A DNA stretch of 64,000 bases from Hyphochytrium catenoides (taxonomy: Eukaryota > Protista > Hyphochytriomycota), in assembly GCA_900088475.1 (NCBI GenBank), contig FLMG01002125.1, positions 1-64,000 on the forward strand, written 5' to 3'. The notes beneath the pieces were generated by a model. It was not told where the DNA came from, made no database searches, and saw nothing but the letters and a program-made list of their open reading frames with translations. Position numbers and translations under genes: made by a program. Positions 30,501-42,988 of this stretch are shown here, in pieces (the first letter of the stretch is position 1; every line of letters starts with the position of its first letter).

Positions 30501-33500
30501 ACTGCGATCGCCTCGTCGTACATGTGAAGCTGCTGATACATCTCGATCGCATCGTCAATTTGACCTAAGATGGCCACGAGTTGCGGTTTGGCGCATTCAA
30601 GGCATGTAAGACCTAATAAAGCAACAGGCAGATAATTGCGAGACAACTCTGCTCGTCGTCACGCTCTTACCCTGACCCACTAGTATCTCCTCGGCCGCTC
30701 TGAAGTCCTTGCGTAGTTGAGCCATCCGAGCTCGTACCAGAAAGTGATCTTTGCCCGCGAGACCTAAGTAGGAGAGAGAGGACGGCCATTAGTATCACTA
30801 GCAGATTTCAACTTCTGAGCGGTCTACGAGGGTTGACACGAGGTGGGGCAAGCCATGACAGCACCAGCTAAACAGAACATATTGACCAAATGGAAAAAAG
30901 TGAGCCAACATACCCAGGCTGGCCGCAGCTTTGTCTGCAATCTTGTTTGTCTTTCTCAGATATCGGGTCCTGGCGACGTTACCTAAAGCTGCTGCGCAGC
31001 GTTCCGCGATGTGCATGTCATCTACCAGCACAGCTTGTTGGCTCAGCTGGTGCCACATCGCCTCAGTTTCCGCAGTAAGCTCCAAGTTGCTAGAGGAGTG
31101 AGGTCAGTGAGCCGAGAGAGCGGACTAGGGGCAATCGACTAAAGGAGACGACATTAACGCGAATGATCACTCGAAACGTATGTCGTCAAATCAATCTAAA
31201 GCTTGGTTTCGCGGTCTTTTCCTTTCATCCTGTCTGTACCTGAGTATATCCATGGCCTTAACGAAGTTGCCATCGTCCATGGCGACAGTAAAGTTAATGA
31301 GCCCCTCGTCGAGCTGATAAGCCACCGTGCTGACACCCTCGTCTACTACCACCTCCGTCTTTCCGTTTGCTCTCTCGATGCCTTCAACCTCACCTTTTAT
31401 TTGGTAGTTGGTCACCTAAAAGAATTGAAAAGTGAGGCAAACGTACGAAGGAGAGGGTAAGAGTCGGCTTGGGACAAGCTGGAAACGAGATTTACGGAGA
31501 CCGCAGGTTGGCCCAGGCTTTCTATTCTCTAGTCGACAAGCGCAATGGAAGGATCCTGAGAATCTTCTTTCATGGCATTACCTTATCTGGAGCCATGATG
31601 TTATACCAAACAGAGAGAGTAGAACGGTTTTGCGCAACCACGACATCACTTTCGGGTACCCACTGGACATAGTTGCAATGGGACAGAAGAGTACTACGGC
31701 TCTGACCCTCCACGTCGAAGAGATGAAGTTGCCTTCTCTTGTCACGGAAGAGCAGGAGATTTCCTCCGCTGTTGAGCTCCAACCAGTCAATTTTTGAATC
31801 ATGGCTGATGTTCGTGGTAGCTTGACTGTAGAGGTCTCTGATCTGAGGAAGTCAAAGAGGTCGGGAAAGGGATAAACAACAGTGGGTATACGGGCGCAAA
31901 ACGATGTTGGGAAGGGTGTCTATCGATGACAAAGAGCGTGGTCCAAGTGGAAGAGGAAAGACAAAGAACAGCGGGGACCAATGCTTTGCCGCAATAATAG
32001 AATCGAAGGGCCAGTCTCTCTACCCCTTCCAATTGGCAAGTGCCACGCAAGGAACCTTACCGAGATTGTCTGAAGGTCCATCAAATAAGCTATTCGCTTG
32101 TTTTCTCCCACAGGAGTGACAGGCCCTCTTCCAGTGTTCCTGGGCGGCCTCTCGTTGATTCTGACGGATATGAGATGAGGACTCATATGTTCGGTCCTCA
32201 CTGAAGCGAGCAGTTCATTCTTTCCATATTCTATCAAAGAGAGCTCTCCGGCCTGGTAGACAATACAAGCGCTCTCATTGTCAAAGACATATTTCTCTTT
32301 GCCGGAGGAGCTCCATTCCACCTCACTCAGCTTGCCGGTCTCAAGATCTGCCACTAGTAGAGTATGCGTCGATAGGGCAACGAGGTACCGATCTTGGTTT
32401 AGAAACTTATCCTGGTAGATGTCAATCTTCAGGATCTCTGCCCCGAATTGGGACTTCAGAACTATCCTCGCGCCAGTAGATAGACGTTTGACAATGACTT
32501 GAGAGGGAGAGACGTACGTGAACTCGAACTTCCCCTTGTATTTGCATCGCTTGACGCAAGCGTCATAGAGATCTACCACGCCACAAATGTTCCCGACAAC
32601 CAACCGGCTTCCATCTTTCTTCCAGGCTAGAGCCGTGACCGTGTAAAAATTGGGGATCTCTCTAATAGTAACTTCTTCCCAGTTCTTTTCCCTCTGGTCG
32701 TACTTGTACACGAAAAATGCATTGAAGTTCCCAAGGACAACCGCATCGCCGCTCGGATTCATGGACGCGACGGAGAAGTCCTTCACCTTTCGCTCATTCT
32801 CTCTTTGTGAAGAGTAATCAAACGTTTTTAGCTTTCCCCCGTTGTTGTCATAGAAGACGACAGTACCATCATTTCCCGCAACTACCAGGCTTTCTCCCCA
32901 AGAGAGACAGGAAGGTACGCAAGAATGGTATGCGAACTTAGCCTGTGCTGGTCCTCCATCCTGGTCGAAGAAGTAGCGCTGGATGCTGTTGTCAACGTGG
33001 GCGGAAAGGACGGCTGTTCCATCTGGACTGCTGCACAGAGCAGTGACAAGGGAAGCAGATGGATGGGTGTAGAGAACTTTGTCTTTGTTGCTCTTCAGTT
33101 GACCCAACTTCACTTTGCCCTCTGCAAGGCCGAAGACAATCTGGCGAAAGAAAATAAGAGATTTAACAAAGACAGACAGGCAGCGTACCAGATGAGACTG
33201 GTGAGGGGAAGAAGAACGGATAGAAGAGCAACAGAGCTAGAGACGTTCATCGAGCACGCACTTAGCACCAGCCGTAACGCTGGAAGGATATGGTAGGGCT
33301 ATGTTCCAACTCATGGATTTCGTGTCACATAGAGTAGACGAGGAGGTCATGAAGAGGTGTGTGAAAGACGGAATCGCCATGCAAGTCACTGCGTGAACGA
33401 TGAGCGAAGCTTCAGAGACACATAGAGAAAGAGAGAGCGAACGAGAGAGACAAAAAAAGGGCTAGCCTTCTTACCTCATTGGGATGTGCAGCTGGCCACG

Positions 33501-34017
33501 TAAGACAGGTAACGGAACTAGAGGTTGGGAACTTGTTGCAGATACTCTTTTTCTCTCCCCATTCCAGTCCCAGTTTGTAAATGAAGACAATGTTGTCGCT
33601 TTGAGCAACTGCGAGCTTTGTGGAGTCAGGAGAGAACTCTAGTGCGCGGACTGAATAATTCTTCTGGCCCTAGATAATGAAGGTTATAAAGGAAAATCGG
33701 AATGAGCTAGCATGACCGAGATCAATTATCGAAACTCTGATAGAAAGATAAGAGTTATGAAAAGGCGAGTGATCCGAACTAATAGTCGAGCGAATCATAA
33801 CTTGGCACCTATCAAACCATCATCGAATAGACCTGACCTGGATGTTAGGCTTCGTAGAAAATTTGTCCTTTCTGTCCCCATTCTCATCAAACAAATGGAC
33901 GATGCGATCGGCCGTGGCGACTGCGAGTCTGTTGCCATTCGGAGACCAAGCGATTGCCGTCACTTTGTTCATCCCATCAGTGTGGGGCATAACGGATTTT
34001 AGATAGCGGAGCTGCAT
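24562..34017 (-). CDS. IFT172: Intraflagellar transport protein 172 (24 exons, about 1750 aa)
   Basis: N-terminus MQLRYLKS...[10 protein letters not shown]40 propellers, [35 protein letters not shown]-like helical repeats ([24 protein letters not shown]), [13 protein letters not shown] and CIVTGYP tail. Exons traced in frame. Confidence 0.97.
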
Positions 34018-34842
34018 TTTGCCTGGGAGTAGCCCGCGCCAAGGCTATAAACTATGTGTCTTTCCCCCTGGTCGTTGACCACGTTGCCCGTGCAGTTAGA
34101 GCTGCGGCATCACACTCTAGCTGCGGAGTGAGGTTTGCTATTCGTAACAACTAGGGGCAGAAGTAATGAAATGGTTAGCTCGAGGATGGACAGCTCACGT
34201 TCTCCTCGTCTTTGCTCTCTCTGTTGTTGTCTCTTAAGTCTCTCTTCAGTGGCTTCCATCGGCAGGATGCTCCGTCGGTGCTATCTATCTGCTATGCCGC
34301 ATCCCAGCTGATTGAGGGCGCATGCCGGTGATGAGCTCAAAAAGTGTCTTTTCATCACTTGTGATCGTTTCCAGTTCGCCATCCAGACCTCCCCCCTGAG
34401 TTAAGAAAAGAATTGTTGTTTCTTTCAGCTTTTCCCTGAACCCAGACTGACGAGCTAAACCTTCTTTGATTGAAGCTTTCCCAGAAATAAATGGAGTACA
34501 GCGGTCTTGAGGATCAGTTCTATGGTTAATCAATAATAGTACCTATTTGATTCCCAGTTGCTGATATAGCGGAAGGTGAGATGTAGAGCGAAAAAGCTTC
34601 AGAAACTTCATAAAGATCGCTTCGGTAGAAAATCTGCTGCATCTTCATCAAAATCTCTATTGTACACTGAAGAAGAGCTGCCCAATTTTGACAGACCTCT
34701 CTCTGTGGTACACCCTGCCAACACCGGTGATTTATGCCTATCTGATAGCTTACTGCAGCTCGTAGCGTTTAATGGTCTCACTGATAGGGCTGCGTTGCAT
34801 GCCAAGAAGTTGAAAAAGGCAACCAAGAAGAGGAGGCAAAGA

Positions 34843-36634
34843 ATGATGGATGACGGCGGTGCCACGGCGCTCGAGAAATTCACTCTCCTTGCTAAGTCTG
34901 CGAAGGCGAAGGCCTGTGTGGCACTCATCCAGCAGGTCGGCACAATGATCTCTGCTAGAAGCTTCGACCACATATCTGATATACTGTCTTTAGGTGCTAA
35001 ATAATAAGCGCATTTTCGTCTTTGGAGAGCTACTTGAAGCCAAGAATGTCAAAGAGGTACAGGAGTTCAATCTCCTCTGTGGTCGTTCTAAATAACAGTT
35101 CTGTTGCGCAGCTCCAAGGCACTGAAAATGAGCCATACTACCGCCTCTTGGAAGTCTTTGCTTACGGCACTTATCCGGACTACAAGGGTGAGTTCCCGAA
35201 ACGTAAAGAGTCTACTCTTTAGGCTTGGCTTCTGAAACTTGGCTGCGCTAATGCCTTTTCTTGCGCAGAGGCTAAAGGGCTTCCTGAAATAACTCCTTCG
35301 CAGCGGAAGAAGCTCCAACAACTTACGATTGTCTCTTTATCCCAACGGCAGAAGGTTCATCATTACTATATGCGCTGTAATCGTTATTCTCTAACTTGCC
35401 ATTGGCCCTAGCGTGTCCCGTACGATGCACTGATGGAGCAGCTGGAAATAGACAATGTGCGGCAACTCGAAGACCTCATTATAGAGAGTATATACGCGGT
35501 ATGCCACTCTATAGTTATTTACAGCACTTAGATGAGAAGGGAAGACAGGAAGCACATGGAACTATTGACTACATCGAGACAATAGAGAGTCAACTAGATT
35601 TGGCGCGTGGACATCAGTCATTACCCTATGACAAGGAGCCTGACTGGGGAGTGAACTTTAGGGCCTAATAAGAGGAAAAATGGATCAGAAGAATCGGGTC
35701 TTGGATGTCAAACAAGCCATCGGTAGAGACATAAGAACCGAAGATCTGGACGCCATGATTCACAAGCTGCGAAACTGGTATGCTTGATTACTTCTGCTGT
35801 TCCCAAGCATCTCTCATCTTGTCTCTACACTATTGGCTTCTTAGTATATCTCATTTGGATTGGTTCTGCTAAAGAACCAACGGACTATAGAATGTTGATT
35901 TGTCCACTCCATACCTCTCCTTACCCCGCTATCTGAAACTTGGCAGTTCAGCCTACAACCTACTACGTGCAGCTCTGTGTCTGATGCGTATCTCTTTACA
36001 GGAGTTCTTCCGCAAGGGCTTTGCTGGAGAGCCTTGAGGAAAAGAAGAAGTAGGTTGGGCTCTTCCCGTTTATCAAACTGCTTTGCCTTACTCTGTTACT
36101 CTGTGAGACTCTGTGAGTTGCTTCTCAATCCAGGAGTCATGCATATATTATTCGCCGACGTGCTTCCTCTAGTCCTTTCTTATTGTAGTCTATTTTAGAG
36201 AAGCGTCTCTCACTCTCGTCTCCGTCCTTATAGATATGCTCAGAATGCAGTTTTCGCCGAAAAGCAAAGAAAAGAAGAGATTGCAAAGCGGATGGAGGAA
36301 GTGCGAAGAAAGGCCAAGCCGCCTCTAGATGACGCTGCCAACGCAATGGATATAGATGCCTACGAAGAGGAAGGCGATCAGCCCCGACGAGGGTAAGGTG
36401 CTTTCCCCGTCATACGATCTTTCACACACTTCCAACCAAACGTAACGCTTCTCACATCTCTCCTGCGCATCTAACAGTATGCTACGGTTTTTCTATGCGT
36501 TTCTTAGCCACGATCAGTAAAACTAGCCGGCACACTAATGGGTTCCCCGCATCCTCACACTTTTCTCTAATATTAGTGGCAACAAAGCGAAGAGAAGAGT
36601 TCATGGCGGAGGTAGCCGACTGATGCGCATGTAG
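34843..36634 (+). CDS. CSN7: COP9 signalosome subunit 7 (PCI domain; 9 exons)
   Basis: LEKFTLLAKSAKAKACVALIQQ, IFVFGELL, LLEVFAYGTYPDY, KLQQLTIVSL, VRQLEDLIIESIYAGLIRGKMDQ, AIGRD; TAG ends at 36634. Confidence 0.95.
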
Positions 36635-36971
36635 AATAGTAAGCAGGCCGACGTGGCGGCAGCGTTAAGCTAGAGCCCAGTTAAGGGCGATCGTGCTTAA
36701 AGCCTTCCATAGGAGCGCAATTACAGAGGCTCGTGCTCGCAGTCTTCCAGAAACTCTTGAGAGAGAAAGAACCTGAACATACGCCTTTGCGCGCCTCGTT
36801 TCTCCTTTTAGTTACCACTATCTTCTTTAAATCTCTCTCTTATCCTTCAAAAATAGTGATAGGTGAGTTGAGACTATCGATTAGCTCATGTAGTAATACG
36901 ATTAGCAGAAATTGCCTTAGAAGCAGATATATGGCAGCAGCGGTTTCGACGCTATGAGGGGAAGGAGCTCT

Positions 36972-38173
36972 CTAGAGCCCGACTTCCTCGGAATCACCCC
37001 TAGAGAGCCTTGGCGCGCTAGGTCGAAGCGAGGCGGCTCCAGGAGAGCCCAAGAAGTTAGCCATCGCCCTCTGCTTTCTTTGGCTGGAATTTGGGGCGTT
37101 CTGCACCCTCTCATGTCCTTGCCTCTCGGCCACTGCTGGGATAGAAGTAACGCCTACTGGGGTGAAGCTCTCTCCTTCTTCAATGGCAACAGCGTTGACA
37201 GCCATGAGAGGGACCGAAGCCGTGGCGACGTGGGTGCCACAAGCACTACAGAAAGCGGAAGAGGAAGAGAGAAGAGGCGCTCCGCAATTAGGGCACGAGG
37301 AAACAGCAACGGAGTTCCTAGCTTGAGGAGTAACATGCTGCGCGTATGTCGGTCCGCCTTCTGCAATTTGTGGGGGCTTGGAACTCTCTATCTCAGTGAA
37401 GTTTTGTCCGTTCTCACTTTGATGGAGCCTAGCCTTTCGCTTCCTCCACAGAAAAATAGTAACAATAAGGGCAATTAGAGCCAGGCCGCCAATTGCCAAA
37501 CCCAGCGCAGCCCCAACGGAGATGCCCGATGATGATTCAGGTCCCGCCGACACCTCATGCTTGTTCGGCCCTTCTGGGCTGACTGCTGGCCCTGCAGTTG
37601 AAGGCGATTGCCCCCTTGCAGTCGCCAATCCTACAGCATCGCAGGTCCACTTCGAAGGTACGGGACCCCCATAGTTTGGAGCGGTACTGTCAGAGTCATC
37701 GGGTTCCACAGTGACGCAAAATCCAGCATTAGGCACATCGGGACTGGTGGTGTTATAAAATTCGAGGATAGAATAGGAGCCAGGACAAGTGTAGCGGACC
37801 CTAGTCAAAATCTTGAGGTTGTTTCCGCTCTGTTCCCCTTCCATGAAGCTCTGGCACTCACAAGCTAAGTCTGCAGGGTAGAAAGTTGCTGGGAACTTGG
37901 TGCTTCCGCAGTAGTTCTCCGCAGAGTCTGGGCCGGTGCAAAGGACATCCTTCTTGCATTTTTGTCTCAGAGCATCATAGCTCTGTGCGCCATTCCAAAA
38001 AGGAGAAGCAACCAACGTGCTGCCGGGCACAGCCTTGGCCCTCTGCTCGTTCAGCCAAACGACGGAAGAGGTGCCACATTGAAGGTTCGCCGCCAAAGGG
38101 CATTTTCTTTCTTCGTTCGCCTTGGACATAGTATGGTTGCCGCTTGATGAATTTGCACGCACGGTCTCGCTAC
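36972..38173 (-). CDS. Single-pass membrane protein with Cys-rich putative ectodomain and putative cytoplasmic zinc ribbon; first exon uncertain
   Basis: About 400-codon ORF with 10 Cys in the N-terminal part, a Ser/Pro/Gly stalk, TM helix ISVGAALGLAIGGLALIALIVTIFLW followed by RKRK, then CPNC-x12-CSAC. Acceptor ctaatcttaag precedes 38173. Confidence 0.75.
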
Positions 38174-38199
38174 CTTAAGATTAGACGAGATCAGTTCGA

Positions 38200-40300
38200 A
38201 GGTAGTGGTCGTCGTTGTAAGAGAAGAGCATATGACAGACACGGAACTCAGATAATAAATGATGACGGTGGTGAATGATGCCGCCACTTTGCCGACTACC
38301 ACCTAGGAATACGAAGCAGCGACACTAGACTAGGAGCAATAGACTAGCTAGATGGAAGAAGAGAGCTGCAAACAGAAGGGCTCGGTGGTGGATAATAATA
38401 CTGGATTATCTTTTATCTTCGAACCCCTAGCTAGGTAACCAGGAGACCATGATAGAGATAAAGAACACCATCCAACATTGCTGCTCTTCTTCTGCTGGGT
38501 GATCACGTCGTGGCCGCAATCGTCTTCACCTCCTCCATCACCAATCTCAGGAAGCCCTCTACTTCTCCTCCTTACTCTGTGTTGTTTGTTGGCTCTCTCA
38601 TCAACAGCTCTTACACTGCTCAGAGTGATTGTGGGAAGGTGAGATGCTCAGAGTGATTGTGGGAAGGTGGGATGCTGATCCTGTAACACTTTACCAGAGG
38701 TTACAGAAGAATCTCAGGAACCCACCCACAATGGGCCCAGGCCCCCAGAGGGAAGTCGTTGTCCGTTCGCAGCCTCTCTTCGTCGCATATAGGAAAAGCT
38801 AAGCTTTGAGACTCTCCACCAGAGCTTTAGCTAATGTTAGGCTCTCCAAGGTTGAGCCTTTCAACATCAGCAAATTTTATAAAGGTACCTCTAATTGTCG
38901 CTAATTTGCCACCCTCCTGGCTCCCTCCTCTGTCTTTCCTACTCCACCTCCCTCCTTCTGCTATTGCAGGTGGTTTGGTTGATGATAATTGTCCTTTCTT
39001 TCCCTTCTTGAGAGGCATCATAGCCGCCGCACCACCACCTTGCTGGTCGCTATTCGATCTGCAAATCTTGAGGACTGTTGTTTCTTCCTCCTCCTCCTGA
39101 TGATGAATCACCGTCCCGCATCATCAATACCAGTACAAGACGGCGAAGATATTTTCTTCGTTTTCACTTCTTCATCATCAACAGCTGAAGTTTTCTTCCC
39201 GTCGCCGTCGTCAGCGGAAAGATAAGGAGGAGACAGTTTTATACATTAGTTCTTCTACTCTTGTTCAAGCTCGAGGCGAGCAGCAACCTACAGGACTTCC
39301 CTTCATCACTCAACAGCAGCTTGTTGTTGAATAATGATGTACTAACTGCAGCAGTGCCTAGGATTTGAGAAAGTATGGGACGATAATAATAATTAGTCTA
39401 CAGCGAGTACTTACCTGCTACTAGCATAGCGGAGCACAAAGAAGAAAAGGGAAGAAGAAGGAGAAGAAGAGACGACCTTTTCCTATTTATCTTATGGCAC
39501 AACAGGTAGTCCCGCCGCCTTCTACCGCCGCCATTACACACGTCGTCTACTACTAGCACCACTACTACGGCGGCGAGAAACGAGCATGATGCAACAAGTT
39601 GTAAGTAGCCGCACAGCAGCCAACTGGTACGAACATAAGAAAAAGTGTCCCCGACCACGGAGCAGCACGAAGCAAAGAAGAAAAAGTAACTCCTCCTACT
39701 TTACAAGCTGCATTCAGAGGCGCAGCAGCAGCAGCAGCTACACTCACATCTACTACGCGCCATCATCATAATAGAGTTCGAATACATTTACCACCCACCT
39801 AAAAGTCATCCCATCATCATGGATCTCAGGATGAATGCATTCAGAAAGAAGCGGCGCCTTCAAAACGCCGGTAGCAAGATCGAAGAAGAGGCAAGCACGG
39901 GCCATAACCCAGAAAAGTCCTATAGTTCCACATAAAGAAGGGTTATCATCATGATGATTTGTTGATGATGTTCTCTGTGTAAAAAGGCGATAAAGAAAAG
40001 ATAAAGAAGAAAGCCAACCGTTAGCGGCCTCTAGGCTGTTCTGCACTCCAATACTCCTTCCTTCAATCATACTACAGGTACAAGGCCCAAACCTAAGAGT
40101 AATCGTTGTACAAGTAGTTGTTGTTTTGTTGATGTTAGATGGAAGGCGGTGCTGTAGCTTCATACGGACATTTGGACTGGACGACTGGTTCTACCTATCA
40201 TCAGAACACGTTAGGTTGTTCTTAGCTAAAACACCGTTCTTCCCTGCTTGCAGGCTGTGTTGTGTGTTGTCTGTGTGCAACCTTGTCCTTTGTCTTCAGG
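38200..40300. other. Low-complexity, trinucleotide-rich island with stop-interrupted protein-like fragments
   Basis: Enriched in tca/tga, tac/tag, agc and aat runs, unlike the CT-rich introns elsewhere; no intact long ORF. Boundaries approximate. Confidence 0.5.
38617..38676. repeat. 28-bp tandem duplication followed by a short inverted repeat (ctgtaac...gttacag, 38681-38706)
   Basis: tgctcagagtgattgtgggaaggtg(a/g)ga x2 plus tgct. Confidence 0.85.
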
Positions 40301-40785
40301 TTCTATAGTTCTATAGATCTTCGTCCTTCCTGACTGTTCGACCGACCTGCTGCTGCTCTGCCTCTTTCCAGAAAGGATTGATGTGGGAGCCGTACATAGA
40401 ACTAGAAGTATGTCATCAGTTCTATGAGTTTCACCTCGTCCTTTCTTCCCTTCTTCTGTCGACTGCCAGTCAACTGTCTCGGCGAACTGCCAAGAGCTGT
40501 TTGACGGGGTGTTGGCCACTTTCCCAAGAAGTCGTTCCAAGGGAGTCATGGAAGAGAACTGCTCTCAGACATCGTTTTGCTTGTCCTTGGAGGCACAGCA
40601 AAGTGGAAGTATAGAGTAGTAGTTTACAGTCCTATTGCCGCCCGTGCAGTCATTTGGCACGAGTGCTGCAGCCGCAGCGCTGACTTGGTTATTACTGCGA
40701 GAAGTAGGAGTGGCTGGCAGGATCATTTATTGGGGGTGTACTGACTGAGGTGCTCGCGACGCAAAATCAGTCGAGGTCTTGGAGG

Positions 40786-42234
40786 ATGTTCACGCATCTT
40801 CGATGGGTTGAGTCTGCTCTGTTGGGCTTCATTGCCTTCTCGGTATTATGGAACTACTATTTGGTGATACCAGCGAAAGCATCCCTTGTGGCTCATTGGC
40901 TACTAGAGAAGCCGAGATGGCAACTCGCACCAGCGTATAGTGCCGCAATCCTTCTCGCTTTCCTCCCGCTGACAGCGAACAGTGCAGCCTATACCTGGAT
41001 CTCAGTATTTATCATCCTGTTGTTGCTGGCCAGTGCAACTCTTGCCTACCTCACCCCACTCTTCACTCTCCCTACGCTATCTGGTCCGTGGAAGGTTGGC
41101 ACTGTTGATATTGAGACGGTAGATGGCTCGAGGCCCATGTGGGTAAATGACGAAGACGCTCAGCACCGCAGGTTTCGGGCACAGCTGTGGTATCCGACCA
41201 TGGACGGAGATGGTCCCAGGGCTCCTTACTGGCCTCACCTGGCTTTGCGAGGTCCCGCTGCAGCCAGGGACACAGGAATGCCGTGGTATGTGTTCAACCA
41301 CTTTAACCTTATTGAGTCGAGGTCATTCTTGGGTGCGCATCCTCTTTCCCAAGATAGCAAGCCTCTTCCAGTCATTGTTTTTTCACATGGATACACAGGC
41401 TCTCCTTATCAGTCAACTATGCTATGTGAAGATCTAGCCTCACATGGGTTTATAGTTGTTGCTGTGGAGCACACCTGCGACTCCACGTTGACAGTTTTCA
41501 GAGATGGCTCCACGGTGCCTTTCCGCGGAATGGAAGAGTTTCCTGAGCAGGATGAGAAGAAGCGAGGATACAGGCGAAAGCAGGCAGGGATACGATCTCG
41601 AGACTTGAGCCACATGATAGATCTCCTTAGTGAGATGAACTTGACGAGTCCGTTATGGAAAGGAAAGATTGACCTAGATCGTATCGGAGTGATGGGGCAT
41701 AGTTTTGGAGGCTGCACGGCGATTCTCACTGCGTACCAGGACCCAAGAGTTCGCGCTTGTGTCTCGCTTGATGGATGGCTATGGCCTCTGCCAGAGTTCC
41801 TCATCGAAACGGAGACGCAAGACGCGAAGTACGAGAACAAGCAGCATATCAGTAGGCCCATCATGCTCTTCGATGCTCCCTGCTTCTTAGGAGAAAGAGA
41901 GGAGTACTCCAAGCATAACAGGAAGCACGGAGAGAACCTTTTGAGGCGTAGTGGCAGACGCAGCTTCAAGGGCGTTGTGGCCAATAGCCGCCATCATGAC
42001 TTTTGTGATGTGAGCTTTATGGCACCAAAGCTCACACGCTTGATGGACTTGACGGGCTTTCCGGATGGTTATTTGATGCAGAAGCTGATGTTAGACTACG
42101 TTCTGGCATTCTTCAATGAGACTGTTGCAGAGAGAACTCTGGGCAATGCACCCACACTTGATACAGTGCACAAGCGCTACACTCAAGTTGTTATTCAAGA
42201 CCCCAAAAGCAGCGTTGCGGCGCAAGGCTCATAG
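40786..42234 (+). CDS. Membrane-anchored PAF-acetylhydrolase-like alpha/beta hydrolase, copy 1 (intronless)
   Basis: N-terminal hydrophobic helices with RWQLAPAY, LPTLSGPWKVGT, AQLWYP, PVIVFSHG, EDLASHGFIV, GHSFGG nucleophile, SLDGW (Asp), RHHDFCD (His). First ATG at 40786. Confidence 0.93.
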   Translation: MFTHLRWVESALLGFIAFSVLWNYYLVIPAKASLVAHWLLEKPRWQLAPAYSAAILLAFLPLTANSAAYTWISVFIILLLLASATLAYLTPLFTLPTLSGPWKVGTVDIETVDGSRPMWVNDEDAQHRRFRAQLWYPTMDGDGPRAPYWPHLALRGPAAARDTGMPWYVFNHFNLIESRSFLGAHPLSQDSKPLPVIVFSHGYTGSPYQSTMLCEDLASHGFIVVAVEHTCDSTLTVFRDGSTVPFRGMEEFPEQDEKKRGYRRKQAGIRSRDLSHMIDLLSEMNLTSPLWKGKIDLDRIGVMGHSFGGCTAILTAYQDPRVRACVSLDGWLWPLPEFLIETETQDAKYENKQHISRPIMLFDAPCFLGEREEYSKHNRKHGENLLRRSGRRSFKGVVANSRHHDFCDVSFMAPKLTRLMDLTGFPDGYLMQKLMLDYVLAFFNETVAERTLGNAPTLDTVHKRYTQVVIQDPKSSVAAQGS

Positions 42235-42988
42235 ATTCTGATGAGGTCCATGCAATCCGGTACTATTTTCTGGAGTATATCTAAAGCACAGATGGCTTTT
42301 GACAGCACCCTAGTCCTACTGCTCTTGAGAAATTCTCTAGACACAGATATCTACCTGCACGGCTTGCCACCATCATGTCCACATGTTTTTATTGGGACCC
42401 TATACAAACAATGGACAAACGTCTCATCTTCAACAACTTTCAAGAGATCTTCATTATTCATAGCCCTTATCCAATCTAGTAGGCTGACCTCGCCTGTTGG
42501 AGAAAGACAGACCTTTCGCTATCTTCTCTCTTATCTGTCCGTAGACGAGTAGTCTCTAATAATAGCAGCGGATTGATGGGCAAACATCATCAACATCGAT
42601 CAACAAGAAGAGGTCCTCTCTAACAATCGCCAAGGAATAATAAGAAGAAATATACAAGAATAATGAGAGAAAAGAACAACTTATTCAAACTCGTATCTAA
42701 CCACCGTTGCCCGAAAATAAGGATGTCATAAGTCATAGATCATAAAGATAAGGGGCTTGTCCCCTTTTCGCTGGTGGTGATACTACTCGTACTAGAAGAA
42801 CTTTTGCCTAATCTCCTTTGACAATCCGAAAGAAAGAAGAAAGTTGCGGCACGCGGTACAAATATGACTGATCAATTCGTTGTTGCTCTCGCTCTAGGCG
42901 CTAAGGCGTATGCACAGGTGATCAAGACATCAACATCATCAACAGCAGCAGCCAAGCAAGTGCGCTGCGCTGGAGTAGCGCTGCAGTT

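Noticed and set aside
17949-34017. Introner-type repeated introns
   Set aside because: By eye the introns of CocE and IFT172 share no sequence beyond CT-richness and show no terminal inverted repeats; an all-vs-all BLASTN would be decisive.
34060-34152. X-box (RFX)-like sequence upstream of IFT172
   Set aside because: Only half-site matches, and RFX factors are not expected if this is a stramenopile.
38681-38780. TGTAAC start suggestive of an LTR
   Set aside because: No second copy, PBS, PPT or target-site duplication found.
41409-41984. 191-aa minus-strand ORF, and similar ORFs at 43861-44337 and 36954-37478
   Set aside because: Antisense shadows of well-supported genes, with no motifs of their own.
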